Source: Octopus sinensis (taxonomy: Eukaryota). Taken from it: a stretch of DNA of 64,000 nt. The notes beneath the pieces are model-generated. The model was not told where the DNA came from and made no database searches. It saw only the letters and a program-made list of their open reading frames with translations. Location of the stretch: assembly GCF_006345805.1 (NCBI RefSeq), contig NC_043001.1, positions 132,990,001 to 133,054,000 on the forward strand, given 5' to 3'. Position numbers and translations under genes: made by a program. Numbering within the stretch: the stretch's first letter is position 1; the number at the start of each line of letters is the position of its first letter. Positions 1-43,928 of this stretch are shown here, in pieces.

Positions 1-304
1 CCACAAATGAAGAGTCTTCTCTACTCTACATTGTCTCTTTGTGTTCAAAGCAACATGGCCGAGAAAGTGAAAGAGAATATGATGTTGTTTGATGGGGAAC
101 TCTGATGAGAGGGTGAAAAGGGCAAGCGAATGGATAAGGGAAACAGATTGGCATGAAAGGATGGTAGAGGAGGAAGTAAAGACAGACAATGATGGTAGCA
201 ATGTGTTTGCTGTTGAGAAAGAAGATATGTGGTAGAGAGTAGCAAAGATTTAAATAATTATGATAAATTAAAGATTAAGTTGATTATACAATTATATATA
301 AAAG

Positions 305-672
305 GGAAGCACTCCGTCGGTTACGACGACGAGGGTTCCGGTTGATCCGATCAACGGAACAGCCTGCTCGTGAAATTAACGTGTAAGTGGCTGAGCACTC
401 CACAGACACGTGTACCCTTAACGTAGTTCTCGGGGATATTCAGCGTGACACAGAGAGTGACAAGGCCGGCCCCTTGAAATACAGGTACAACAGAAACAGG
501 AAGTAAGAGTGAGCGAAAGTTGTGGTGAAAGAGTACAGCAGGGATCACCACCATCCCTGCCGGAGCCTCGTGGAGCTTTAGGTGTTTTCGCTCAATAAAC
601 ACTTATAACGCCCGGTCTGGGAATCGAAACCGCGAGTCCGCTGCCCTAACCACTGGGCCATTGCGCCTCCAC
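305..672 (-). mobile_element. tRNA-derived SINE family A (~380 bp), full length with 14-bp TSD
   Basis: Head GGCGCAATGGCCCAGTGGTTAGGGCAGCGG... on the minus strand; TSD tacaattatatata at 287-300 and 673-686. Other copies: 15966-16345(+), 23287-23665(+), 35678-36046(-, TSD catacactaaggta), 42821-43205(+), 60264-60644(-), 62791-63174(+). Confidence 0.9.
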
Positions 673-1154
673 TACAATTATATATATTGTATAATTAACC
701 TAAATATTTTCATAATTACAATCCATTTAGGTTCTCAATTTGAATTTTACTGATATTGATTTGTTTTGCCTTCCATGCCTTCAATAAATAAGTGCCTGTA
801 ATATACTCAGTTTATTTAATTGTCTCTGCCATCCCATTTGCAAAATTCAGCCTTTCCCTTAAAGAAGAAATCCATTATTTCTTTCATAATAAAATAAATT
901 TAAACACTTAACAATGGTAAATCATAACCCATTAAAGAAATAATTTTACCATACCATCTGTTGTTAATTGAATTCTCAACTGCAAACTGATAAGTAGAGG
1001 TAAATATGCCAAAATTGATCCATACTATTGATAAATTTTGAACCTATAGCAGAACTTGAGTGCAGGTTATTTTTCACACATTGATCAATCGACAGTTTGA
1101 CGAGGAAGAAAAGCAATTGTAAGATAATGAATTGGTTGAGTGTTTGAATTGGCA

Positions 1155-1394
1155 GCACCAATCCGACTGTGGCCGATGCCAGCCTCGCCTGGCACCAGTG
1201 CAGGTGGCACGTAAAAAGCACCCACTACACTCACGAAGTGGTTGGCGTTAGGAAGGGCATCCAGCTGTAGAAACATTGCCAGATAAGACCGGAGCCTGGT
1301 GCAGCCTTCTGGCTTCCCAGATCCCCGGTCGAACCGTCCAACCCATGCTAGCATGGAGAACGGACGTTAAACGATGATGATGATGATGATGATG
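1155..1394 (+). mobile_element. 3' UTR fragment of an RTE-type LINE with (GAT)n tail
   Basis: GTTGGCGTTAGGAAGGGCATCCAGC...GGACGTTAAAC(GAT)n; same family as 7322-7772, 12660-13010, 28560-29040, 29690-30120, 38878-39300. Confidence 0.8.
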
Positions 1395-1673
1395 ACAACT
1401 TTAAGTTTAAACCCTAAAGGAGTTTCTATGGATTGCTCCATCTGCTAGAAATAGCAGCCAGATATCCTTCAAACGTCATCCTATCCTAACTTACCTTGGA
1501 GCAGTTATAATCCATATATATTTTAAAAAAAAACAAAGATATAAAGATCAAAATCTTCAGTGCTTGCCCTAAAATCTTTGAACTGCAGAACTTGCCATTT
1601 AGCTACATATTTTTGTATTGTTTCTGATACACACACACACATTTATAATATTGCATTTTTCTCAACTTGGTAG

Positions 1674-33468
<31,795 letters not shown>

Positions 33469-33688
33469 CGCATGTTTTATTTTTTTTTCCTCCCCATTGT
33501 TAATCTTTACATCTTTTAACATCTTCATGGCTGTTTTTGCAACTCATTGAGAGAAGACATTACCGCAAAATCTCATTGCACTGCAGATGTAGCTGACTGC
33601 AGTCCTTATATTCAGTGTTAACGGCATTTTGGGTGGTGAAATAACAAGACAGTGTTACTAATTATGTAACTCAGAAACAAATTAATTA

Positions 33689-33694
33689 ATTAAA
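33689..33694 (+). promoter_or_regulatory. Candidate PSMD2 polyadenylation signal (ATTAAA)
   Basis: ATTAAA about 220 nt after the stop, followed by T-rich sequence; inference only. Confidence 0.35.
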
Positions 33695-33857
33695 GACAAT
33701 TTTTCATTACACTCTGGCTTTTTATTTTTATTTCATTGTTTGACTTTTACCTTGAAATTATTTCATGTTAAAATTTGTTTAATCTATGACATGTAAATTA
33801 TTTTAGCATACATACGCAGTCACGCGTGTGTATGTGTGTCTGTATATACGTGTGTGT

Positions 33858-34105
33858 GTGGAGGCGTGTGGCTTAGTGGTTAGGGTGTTCAACTCATGAT
33901 CGTAAGGTTGTGGTTTTGATTCCTGGACTGAGCAACGCGTTGTGTTTTTGAGCAAAACACTTCATTTCACGTTGTTCCAGTCCACCCAGCTGGCAAAAAT
34001 GAGTAATCCTGCGATGGAACGGCATCCCGTCCAGGTGGGGAATTTCTACGCCACTGAAACAGGGAAACCGGCCCTTATGAGCCTGGCATAGCTTGAAAAG
34101 GAACA
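33858..34105 (+). mobile_element. tRNA-derived SINE family D (CORE/V-like body)
   Basis: GGAGGCGTGTGGCTTAGTGGTTAGG...TTGTGTTTTTGAGCAAAACACTT...TGCGATGGAACGGCATCCCGTCCAGG; a related-head element lies at 58870-59197(-). Confidence 0.7.
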
Positions 34106-34806
34106 TATACTTTCTTTTACTTGTTTCAGTCATTTTGACTGCGGCCATGCTGGAGCACCGCCTTTAGTCGAGCAAATCGACCCCGGGACTTATTCTTTGT
34201 AAGCCTAGTACTTATTATATCAGTCTCTTTTGCAGTTACGGGGACGTAAACACACCAGCATCGGTTGTCAAGCAATGCTAGGGGGACAAACACACACATA
34301 CATATATATATATATATACACATATATACGGCAGGCTTCTTTCAGTTTCCGTCTACCAAATCCACTCACAAGGCATTGGTCGGCCCGGGGCTATAGCAGA
34401 AGACACTTGCCCAAGATGCCACGCAGTGGGACTGAACCCGGAACCATGTGGTTGGTTAGCAAGCTACTTACCACACAGCCACTCCTGCGCCTATATATGT
34501 GTGTATATCATTATTCTCATTGTCATTATTTTATTGTCCACCTTTCCATGCTTGTATGGGTGAGACTGAGTTTGCTGAGACGGATTTTCTATAGCTAAAC
34601 GTTCAGCCTTTTGCCAACAATCACCTGTTTCCTAGCAGGTTGATATTTCCACATGGCTGGTCATGTTCTCATGAAAGATTGGAAAAGATCTCTGTTGTTT
34701 GTTTGATGGTGAAGCTCATTTACAACTATTGCTTGACTTAAGGACAAGGAAACTCAAACACATGTAGAAACACATACTAAAGCAAGCACATGCACACACA
34801 TTACAA

Positions 34807-34842
<36 letters not shown>

Positions 34843-35029
34843 TAGGGAGTATAACTCCAAACTTACAGGGGAAAATTCAATTTAGTATTAAATCAAATTT
34901 CACAATATAAATATATATATATAATATATATAAATCATAAACCAAATATGATTTGGTTTATGTCTATCATTGTTTGAATTACATAATAGTGGTTTTTCTC
35001 TAATTTATTTATTTATATATATTTTCAAA

Positions 35030-35225
35030 ATGTGACCTCGTGTGTACCGTTGGCGATTTTTTTCGTCTGTCTTCCCTTCTCTGGATCTTTCTTTCTCCTA
35101 TGTTTCCGACGAAGAGCTCCGCTCGAAACATTAAACCCTCCTTCTTTCCTGAGCGTCCAATAATTCTATATTTGTTCCACATCCTCGCGTTGTGTTTTTT
35201 TGTGCTTTCTTGTTTGGATTAACTT
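35030..35225 (+). mobile_element. Penelope-like terminal repeat with degenerate minimal hammerhead motif (35102-35136)
   Basis: GTTT-CCGACGA-A-GAGC-tcc-GCTC-GAAAC-ATT-AAAC; flanked by (TA)n; downstream segment ttcctgagcg... shared with 51410-51545(-). Confidence 0.6.
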
Positions 35226-37070
35226 TATATATATATATACATATAAACCATCATCATTTAACATCCACTTTTTCTTGTTTGCATGTGTCAAACAGAAATT
35301 GTTACAGCAAATTTTCTCCGGCTTGGTGCCCTTCCTGTTGTCAACCCTCACCTGTTTCCAAGCAAGGCAGTGTTTCTCTTTGGAAAACTAGAAACACCAT
35401 TTACATCATTCACATGATGTCAAAACAACAGTACACTAAAGCACACATATATAATCAATGGGCTTCTTTCAGTTTCCACCTACCAGATCTACTCAAGGCT
35501 TTAGTTTATCTCAGGTTAGACACTTGGCCATGATACCTTCCAATGGGACTGTGTGTAAAATCATGAAGTTGGAAAATAAACTAGTTAACCACACTTGGAT
35601 ATTTGTGTGTGTGTGTGTGTGTGTGTATAGAGACAGACGGGCAGTATAGTATGTGCACATGCATACACTAAGGTAGTGGAAGCACTCCGTCGGTTACGAC
35701 GATGAGGGTTCCGGTTGATCCGATCAACAGAACAGCCTGCTCTTGAAATTAACGTGTAAGTGGCTGAGCACTCCACAGACACTTGTACCCTTAACATAGT
35801 TCTCGGGGATATTCAACGTGACACAGAGAGTGACAAGGCCGGCCCTTTGAAATACAGGTACAACAGAAACAGGAAGTAAGAGTGAGAGAAAGTTGTGGTG
35901 AAAGAGTACAGCAGGGATCGCCACCATCCCCTGCCGGAGCATCGTGGAGCTTTTAGGTGTTTTCGCTCAATAAACACTCACAACGCCTGGTCTGGGAATC
36001 GAAACCGCGAGTCCGCTGCCCTAACCACTGGGCCATTGCGCCTCCACTCATACACTAAGGTATGTATATACATATACACAAGCACACTCTATAGTAACTG
36101 ATAGTTCATTCTGTTGATACTATTTCTTGCTACATGTAACACTTTATGTGCTTCATGGGCAGCACTCTGCTCCTGTCCTTTCTAAATATCCCTGACATCT
36201 AGCTTCTCTCCTTGTTAGCAAATAATGTTCCTGGCTCCCCAACCTTTTATTTATTTATTTTTTTGCAGGCTTGTCTATTAGCTTTTCTGACCCTTTGTCA
36301 TACAATTTCAACACCATGTCACTTTATACTAAGCTGGAACCTTGCACTATCTGCAGATCTGTTCTGTAGTTTGCAGCTAGTGGCCTATTAGAGACTCCTC
36401 ATTATCTCCCATGTTATAAGTCTTTATAAGTGTCCCCACCATCTTCTACTCTCCTTCAGGTCCTCTTTATTTTTCTTCACTTCTTGTACTATATTCATAG
36501 CCTCTTAACTATATTGGAATAGCCATCATAGTCTTGTCCATTAATGTCACCAGCTGTGATAAGATGGCTATCGTGTTATTAATTCTGCAAGGAGGGCATC
36601 ATAAAACTACCCTTTTACGCAACTTCCACTTGTAATATAGGTTTCAAATTTTGGCACAAGGCAAGCAGGTCTGGGGGAGGGGCTAAATCGATTAAATCAA
36701 CCCCAGAGTTCAAATGGCGCTTATTTTATCAACATAGAACGTGAAGACGGACGGAAAGCCGCTAAGTAATTTACCCAGTGTGCTAACGATTTAGCCAGCT
36801 CGCTACCTTCTCCATGGTTGTAATATTGCCGTTGACAATTTTCATTACTGCATCGATCCATTTCTCTAAAACAATATACCTACTTCGCTAGCGCCGGTAC
36901 ACAGAAATATTTAATAGAAAAAGTTTCGCTAGTGCATTATCTCCCTTGAATCACGATCGCGTCTTCAAAGCCATCGTCTGAAGGTTCACGGTTATGATTT
37001 TGATGTTTGCTAGGAAATTAGAAAATACAGCTATGGTTGATACATATCTGTGTGTACACTTATAGATAAG

Positions 37071-37483
37071 GGCGATCTTTCGTCTCTAGTACACCTTTCC
37101 GTCGATTTCCGTAAAAAAATTTTTTTTTTTTACATATGGGCTTGCGGGAACTTTTGAAGTAATATACATACACATACACCGAGTAAAAAGTTTCAGTTAT
37201 CTCTTTCTTTCACACATTACTCTGTCTCTTCACACACACTAACAGAAGCACTTCACCTACACAACATACTGTCTGTCTCCCACACCCCATCAAACACACA
37301 CACACATATACATCAATGCTTCACATGCACGGTAACTTCAAAAGAATTTCCCTCGTCATACAATCGCTTTCTTTCAGTCTCTTTCGCTCTCATTACTTCA
37401 AAAGTTCCCGCAAGCCCATATGTAAAAAAAAAATTTTTTTTACGGAAATCGACGGAAAGGTCTACTAGAGACGAAAGATCGCC
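37071..37483. mobile_element. MITE with ~95-bp TIRs, 5'-GG ends and 8-bp TSD (Merlin-like)
   Basis: TSD TAGATAAG at 37063-37070 and 37484-37491; TIR GGCGATCTTTCGTCTCTAGTA... Confidence 0.8.
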
Positions 37484-37804
37484 TAGATAAGTATCAAACA
37501 TACTGTGCATTCTAATTTCCCGGCAAATCACGTGGCTGCCCAACCACATGGATTCAGTCCCACAGTGTGGTACCTTGGGCACGTGTCTTCTACTTTAGCC
37601 TCGAGCTAACCAAAGCCTTGTGAGTGAATTTGGTAGACAGAAGTGTATGCGTCTGTGTTTCTCCCCAACCACAACTTGAACTCAGAACTATGTGGTTGGG
37701 AAGCAAGCTTCTTACCACACCACCACGCCTGAACCAATATTTTTATGTTTATTATCTTGTAATAGAAATAACAAGCATAGAAAATGTTAAGAAAAGTGTC
37801 TCCA

Positions 37805-38059
37805 CTACGCCATATGCCCAGGGGCATATGTCGTAGTGGTTAAGAGCGCGGGCTACTAACCCCCAAGATTCCGAGTTCGATTCCAAGCAGTGACCTGAAC
37901 ACTAATAATAATAATAACATCGAAAAATACCTTAGGAATGAGAACCCAGGTTCGAAATTTCCGCAAGACACATGAAGAAGGCTGGAGGGTATATCAGCCG
38001 AAACGTTGAGTTAACAACAAACAAGATGAGGACAAATATCAGTCGAATGTAAATAAAGT
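37805..38059 (+). mobile_element. Composite tRNA-head + (TAA)n + hammerhead-like tail retroelement
   Basis: A box ~37829-37839, B box GTTCGATTCC 37875-37884, hammerhead-like motif 37967-38012, flanking direct repeat aaagtgtctcca at 37793-37804 and 38060-38071. Confidence 0.65.
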
Positions 38060-38084
38060 AAAGTGTCTCCATATCTCCGACACC

Positions 38085-38700
38085 TACCTTGGAAAGTGGA
38101 AATTATAATGAAAGTCATGTTAGTTTTTGTACCGATGGAGCTTCCTCTATGGTAGGCTATTCGAAAGGGCATACTATTCTTTATATATAAATGGTTTGAT
38201 GGCAATAACTTCGGGAATTTTAGGTTAAATTGTAGAAATGGTTAATTTTATTTAAAGTAGACCAGAGATAATTTCGTTTGAGAACGCATTTATTGACATG
38301 GGTTCGCAACATGGATATGTTCCGAATGCATTCAGTTTGGGTTTCAAGCCAATCTAATGGCTGGAAATAATGCATTGATCTTGCTGGAAAACTGCAACAA
38401 TTGACCAGAAATTGGGAATGGAGCTGCATGCAAGCCTTTGACAAGTGCCTTATATTTGGTGATAAACATCCTCCCAGGGTACTGTGAGTTCAAACACGAT
38501 TATTGTTTTCGTGCTTCTGGATAGAAAGAACATGTTTAGTTCGAGCGATGTTACTGCCACCTGTTCTGGAAAGATTAGTGTCTACTCCTGAAATCCACTT
38601 ACATCTCGTAGTCAGAAGCTTGTTGCAAAGTAAAATATGGGTCTTCCACAGCTGCTTTTACTTTGGGAACCTTTTTGGGATCTGATACCTTCGGATTGTG
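38085..38700. pseudogene. Highly degenerate hAT (Buster/Charlie-like) transposase remnants
   Basis: + strand VSFCTDGASSMVGYSKG and IVEMVNFI..; - strand dimerisation-domain-like FPKVKAAV..FATS and LSPNIRHL. Confidence 0.45.
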
Positions 38701-38877
38701 ATGTCTGCTGTTTGTTGGCCTTAACTCTCTGCAGTTCAGTCCACTTGGCATTTTCTGCAAAGATCTTGTCATACCTCGACTTGTATTGGCTTTCCCGTTA
38801 CCTAGGACTTGTTATAGATATACCTGTATCATATGATACAGGGATATATGTAACCTCATTTGCGACTATCAGCCACG

Positions 38878-39300
38878 ATCATCATCATTTAGCGTCCGTT
38901 TTCCATGCTAGCATGGGTTGGACGGTTCAATTGGGGACTGCGAAGCCAGAAGGCTTCATCAGGCCCAGTCTGATCTGGCAGTGTTTCTATGGCTGGATGC
39001 CCTTCCTAACGCCAACCACTCCGTGAGTGTAGTGGGTGCTTTTTACGTGCCACCCGCACAGGTGCCAGACAGAGCTGGCAAACGGCCACGAACGGATGGT
39101 GCTTTTACGTGCCACCGGCACGGAGGCCAGGCGAGGCTGGCAACGGACACGAGCGGATGGTGCTTTTACGTGGCACCGGCACGGGAGCCAGGCGAGGCTG
39201 GCAGCGGACACGAACGGATGGTGCTTTTACGTGCCACCGGCACGGAGGCCAGACGGGGCGGCGCTGGTAACGACCACGATCGGATGGTTCGCTTAACCAC
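38878..39300 (-). mobile_element. RTE 3' UTR-family copy with 4 tandem units
   Basis: Cores at ~39035, 39098, 39159, 39220; (ATC)n at the left end. Confidence 0.85.
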
Positions 39301-39454
39301 AGCTGCAATTTCCACTGATGTTGATTGACCTCAATTTTGGTTCTGCTTTCTGATATCTGGGTTAATTTATTTCTTTGCTCATCTCTCGATTTTCGCCGGC
39401 CTGTCGTGACTTCAGTGAAATGGTGGCTTACTAGAGTATTTTTGGACTCTTATT

Positions 39455-40833
39455 GGATCTTTTCCTTTTGAACGGCACTTTTCAACACAATTTCTAGTTA
39501 ACTAAACACTTTTAAACTTCGTATACTGGTAGAATGTGTTTATAAAACATCATTTTTTCTTGGCTTTATTGAGAAAATTCTATATGTTATAACATATTTC
39601 GTCTTTAATTTCGAGCATTTCGACAATTTTAACCAATCGCTGACCTCCATTTAGGTAAACAACATTCCGTGCTGTATGAATATGTTCCTCGTTTAAGAAA
39701 CAGATTGGGTTTATTTACATTTGTGAAGAAAAAAGATACCCTTCCCCCACCTCAAACCCTAACCCTAACTCTAACCCTAAATCTAAAATAGATTGAAATG
39801 CAATAGATCGATACTAGGGCCATAATTATGGGTGACATTTTCATTTGACACCGCTAGAAAAAAATCCCATTTTCCGTAGCGGTGTCGTATGAAATTGTCA
39901 CCCATAATTATAACCCTAGTATCGATCTATTGCATTTCAATCTATTTTAGATTTAGGGTTAGGGGTGGGGGAAGGGTATCTTTTTTCTTCACAAATGTAA
40001 ATAAATCCAATCTGTTTCTTAAAGGAGGGACAGCACGGAATGTTGTTTACCTTGTAGTGACGCTATACAGCGGCGCGCGCGCGCACCGTCCATTCCTGTT
40101 TCGCGCGTGCGGAGTTTGGTGCTTTCACCACCGGAAGTAGGACCATTTGCCTACGTGGCAGTTAGCCGAGGCAAGGGGATCGTAGAATGTTTGACCACTA
40201 GCAGCAGTCAGCAGCGACTTGAGACATGGCTATCGAAGGTACAACACGTATATTCTCTCTGTCCGAATTTGATTCTAGCAGCAGTCAGCCTTTTCATAGA
40301 AGAAGACGCATATTATCTTCGTCTCTCCCTGACATTTGTTGCCGACATCATCATCTCCCTATTCCGGACGCCATCTTGGCAGTGTTGTTTTGCATTTGAA
40401 CACTTTCTTATTTTACAGCGATAAAGTTCAGCTCTGACACATCTATACCAAAGGGATACCAGATACACCAATTATCTGTTACCACATAAGAGAATAAAGT
40501 AGATATATAATATTTTACGTCTGCGTCTTGTTGTTTCTGACTGGTAGAGATCTGGATTATTAAAGCAACGGAAAGTGATTGCTTCTCGCACCCCCAAAAG
40601 GTCCAGAGAAGATATTCACATTTTCGTTACAACCTAAATGGAGGTCAGCGATTGGTTAAAATTGCCATAATACTCGAAATTATAGACGAAATATGTTACA
40701 ACATATAGAATTTTCTCAATAAAGCCAAGAGAAAATGATGTTCTATAAATACATTCTACCAGTATACGAAGTTTAAAAGTGTTTAGTTGATTAGAAATTA
40801 TGTTACAAAGTGCCATTCAAAAGGAAAAGATCC
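39455..40833. mobile_element. Fold-back DNA transposon (~400-bp TIRs, GG ends, 8-bp TSD, internal TTAGGG-like repeats), Merlin-like
   Basis: TSD CTCTTATT at 39447-39454 and 40834-40841; GGATCTTTT...AAAAGATCC; arms 39455-39860 versus 39875-40052 plus 40632-40833. Confidence 0.85.
40053..40631. mobile_element. Solo LTR (579 bp), Ty3/Gypsy-like
   Basis: TGT...ACA termini; 4-bp TSD ACCT at 40049-40052 and 40632-40635; interrupts an otherwise continuous TIR arm. Confidence 0.8.
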
Positions 40834-43689
40834 CTCTTATTTACTGCAACACTAGTGCCTCGTGTACCCTCAATTATAATTATTAATTAATTATAAAATT
40901 GATATATATGCATGTGTGTGCATAAATATGTGCACATACACACACACACACTTTCATTCTTCTGATAACACTATATCTATGAATATACGTTGTGTTGGGC
41001 ACATTATGTATTCTCCAACCGCAGTTCGATAATAAACAGTCTACACAGCTAATTACACATAAGCGCTTAACATATACAGATTAAATCAACATACACGTAC
41101 ACCAGTGTAAGAACCGGAGAAAAAGACACGAGACAGAGAGAACAGGAGAGAAACGCAGTCAAGCGTTTAAGGGAAGTTCATTATCAAACGCTGTTCGATA
41201 ACCTCAATAGTCAATATGAACACAGAGTATGGGAACTCCTACTAACCTTAACAAATATACATTAGCAAAGATCACTCACATACATTTATTCAATGCTGGG
41301 TCATAGTGCTAGTGCATGCATATACAGCTGCGTGTGTGCGCACATACACGCGAGTACTGTCCAAATCTCCGACCAATCACATACAGCTAGCTGGCACTCA
41401 ATTGGCGTATCAAGTTTCGGGCATTTTGATTGGGTTTTGGATAGAAAATTCACAAAAAAGTCATTTCTATTGATTTTTTAATGGCTTTGCGGGGTGACTG
41501 GGGAAATGTAAAGATGTGCACAACCATCCTTAGACGGTTTTGAACGACCATAGAAAGTACGAGCCCTCTAACTGAAAAATTGTGGATTTGTATAAAGGAC
41601 ACACACACAGACAGGCATTTTGCCGTTATATATAGAGAGATATTCTCTCTTTCTCTGTGTATATATTTTTCACATTTACACATATCTATATCTGACAGGT
41701 TTATGGTCGAGTCTGTGGCAGTGAATACCGAGGTTCTCAGCCCCCGGACCATATCCCTGCTCACTGCTATCGGGTTGGAGATGGCTATTCGCAAGTGCGA
41801 GCCCCGGGAGTCAGATTGACTGTTCCAGCACATCTCCCAAGCCATTCTTCAGGGCAACGCCTTTTCTATTTTGTCTACTGGGATCACGAGGCGGTCTGAA
41901 TTACAGGAAATTCTACGTTCCACTCTTTAATGTAAAATTTTCGCCGCAGAATTATACATACATACAAGAAATACTAATAATGGTTTGAAATTATGGTACA
42001 AGGCTAGCAATTTCGGGGGTGGGTGTAAATTATATCGACCTTGTAAGAAATAAAGGCAAAGTCAGCCCTTTGGATTTGAACTCAGAACGTAAAGATGGAC
42101 GAAATGCCGCTAAGCATTCTGTCCGGCATGCTAACGATTCAGCCAGCTCGCGGCTTATAATAATAATAATAATAATAATAATAAATGCCCTGGTGCAGTA
42201 CCAGGCACGGGCTCTCATGGCTTCTGATCTTAACTGATTGGAAGTGTTATCATGTACATCGTTTTGTCTTAGTATAAAAGATGGGCTACATCAAATATTC
42301 TGCTCAATACCACAGATTTGCTTGTCAGTTGTTTGACCCTAACCAATTGAACATGTCCCTTAGGGGCTGACGATATGTGCATCTCTGATCACAAACAGAA
42401 GTAGTGGGGGGGGGGTATCATAGCCATGTACTGAGAGGAGTTCTTTGGAGTTTGAATAATTCACCTATGGACACATAGGTGTCATGAAACAGCTGTAAGC
42501 TTGTAGTAAATAACTGTAATATAGCCCATAATTTCTATTTTATATACATATTTCTATATATTTCATGTGTGTGTGTGTGTGTGTAAAATTACTAAAATAA
42601 TTTTGAGTTAGAGCTTTGACAACAATATCTATGAGGGGAAAAACGAATGGAAGAATTTTGAATGTCATACAAAACAGATATACATATGTTATACACAAGC
42701 TATCACAAGCGGTGTGGCGGAGACAAACACAAGCACAAAGACACGCATACATATACATACGACGGGCTTCCACACAGTTTCTGTTTACTAAATTCACTCA
42801 CAAGGTATTGGTTGGCCCGTGGAGGCGCAATGGCCCAGTGGTTAGGGCAGCGGACTCACGGTCATAGGATCGCGGTTTCGATTCCCAGACCGGGCATTGT
42901 GATTGTTTATTGAGCGAAAACACCTAAAGCTCCACGAGGCTCCGGCAGGGGTTGGTGGTGATCCCTGCTGTACTCTTTCACCACAGCTTTCTCTCACTCT
43001 TACTTCCTGTTTCTGTTGTACCTGTATTTCAAAGGGCCGGCCTTGTCACTCTCTGTGTCACGCTGAATATCCCCGAGAACTACGATAAGGGTGCACGTGT
43101 CTGTGGAGTGCTCAGCCACTTACACGTTAATTTCACGAGCAAGCTGTTCCGTTGATTCGGATCAACCGGAACCCTCGTCGTCGTAACCGACGGAGTGCTT
43201 CCATCCATCCAATAAATCCACCAGTGCCTGCTCTGATATCGATTTCTTCGGATTAATGCATAATCCTAAAATATTTAATGCTAATCTTCGCCAGCTACAT
43301 TATATAAGTAACAAAAGCCATGGTTACCGATGCCATGTTGGAGCCAACGAAACTTGGTTTAGCTTTAGGACAATTCAATAAACACACACACACTGACACA
43401 CCACACATACACACATACACACATGCACACATGCACACACATTTTGCCAATCTTGTAATATAGAGTGCTATGGCTTTCTCTCGACGTTTCATAGGTAGAC
43501 ATGGAGACATGGCTGTGTGGTAAGAAGCTTGCTTCCCAGTCGCATGGCAGTTCAGGGTTCAGTTCCACAGCGCAGCATTTTTGGGTAAGTGTCTTCTACT
43601 ATAACTCCAGGCCGACCAAAGCCTGTGAGTGGATTTGGTAGTCGGAAACTGAAAGAAGCTAGTTGTATGTGTGTGTATATATATATATA

Positions 43690-43928
43690 TACCGGAGTAA
43701 ACACATAAATGTGAAACAAGGTGGAAAAAGAGTACTCAAATACCAGTGGTAGAGAAATATGCTTTATTTAAAGCAGGGGAAAATCCAACAAAACCTATTA
43801 CTCTGAGTTTCACGTTCCCGTTCGTCGGACAGTTTTTGCTAGAATATTCTAGCAAAAACTGTCCGACGAACAGGAACGTGAAACTCAGAGTAACAGGTTT
43901 TGTTGAATTTTCCCCTGCTTTAAATAAA

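Noticed and set aside
351-602. Recurring ORFs beginning MFIERKHLKL (also 16039, 23366, 42903, 60309, 62875)
   Set aside because: Chance ORFs inside SINE family A; length and frame vary between copies.
37821-37890. Possible tRNA gene (and other tRNA-like heads such as 62795-62870)
   Set aside because: No closing acceptor stem and no poly-T terminator directly after; these are SINE heads.
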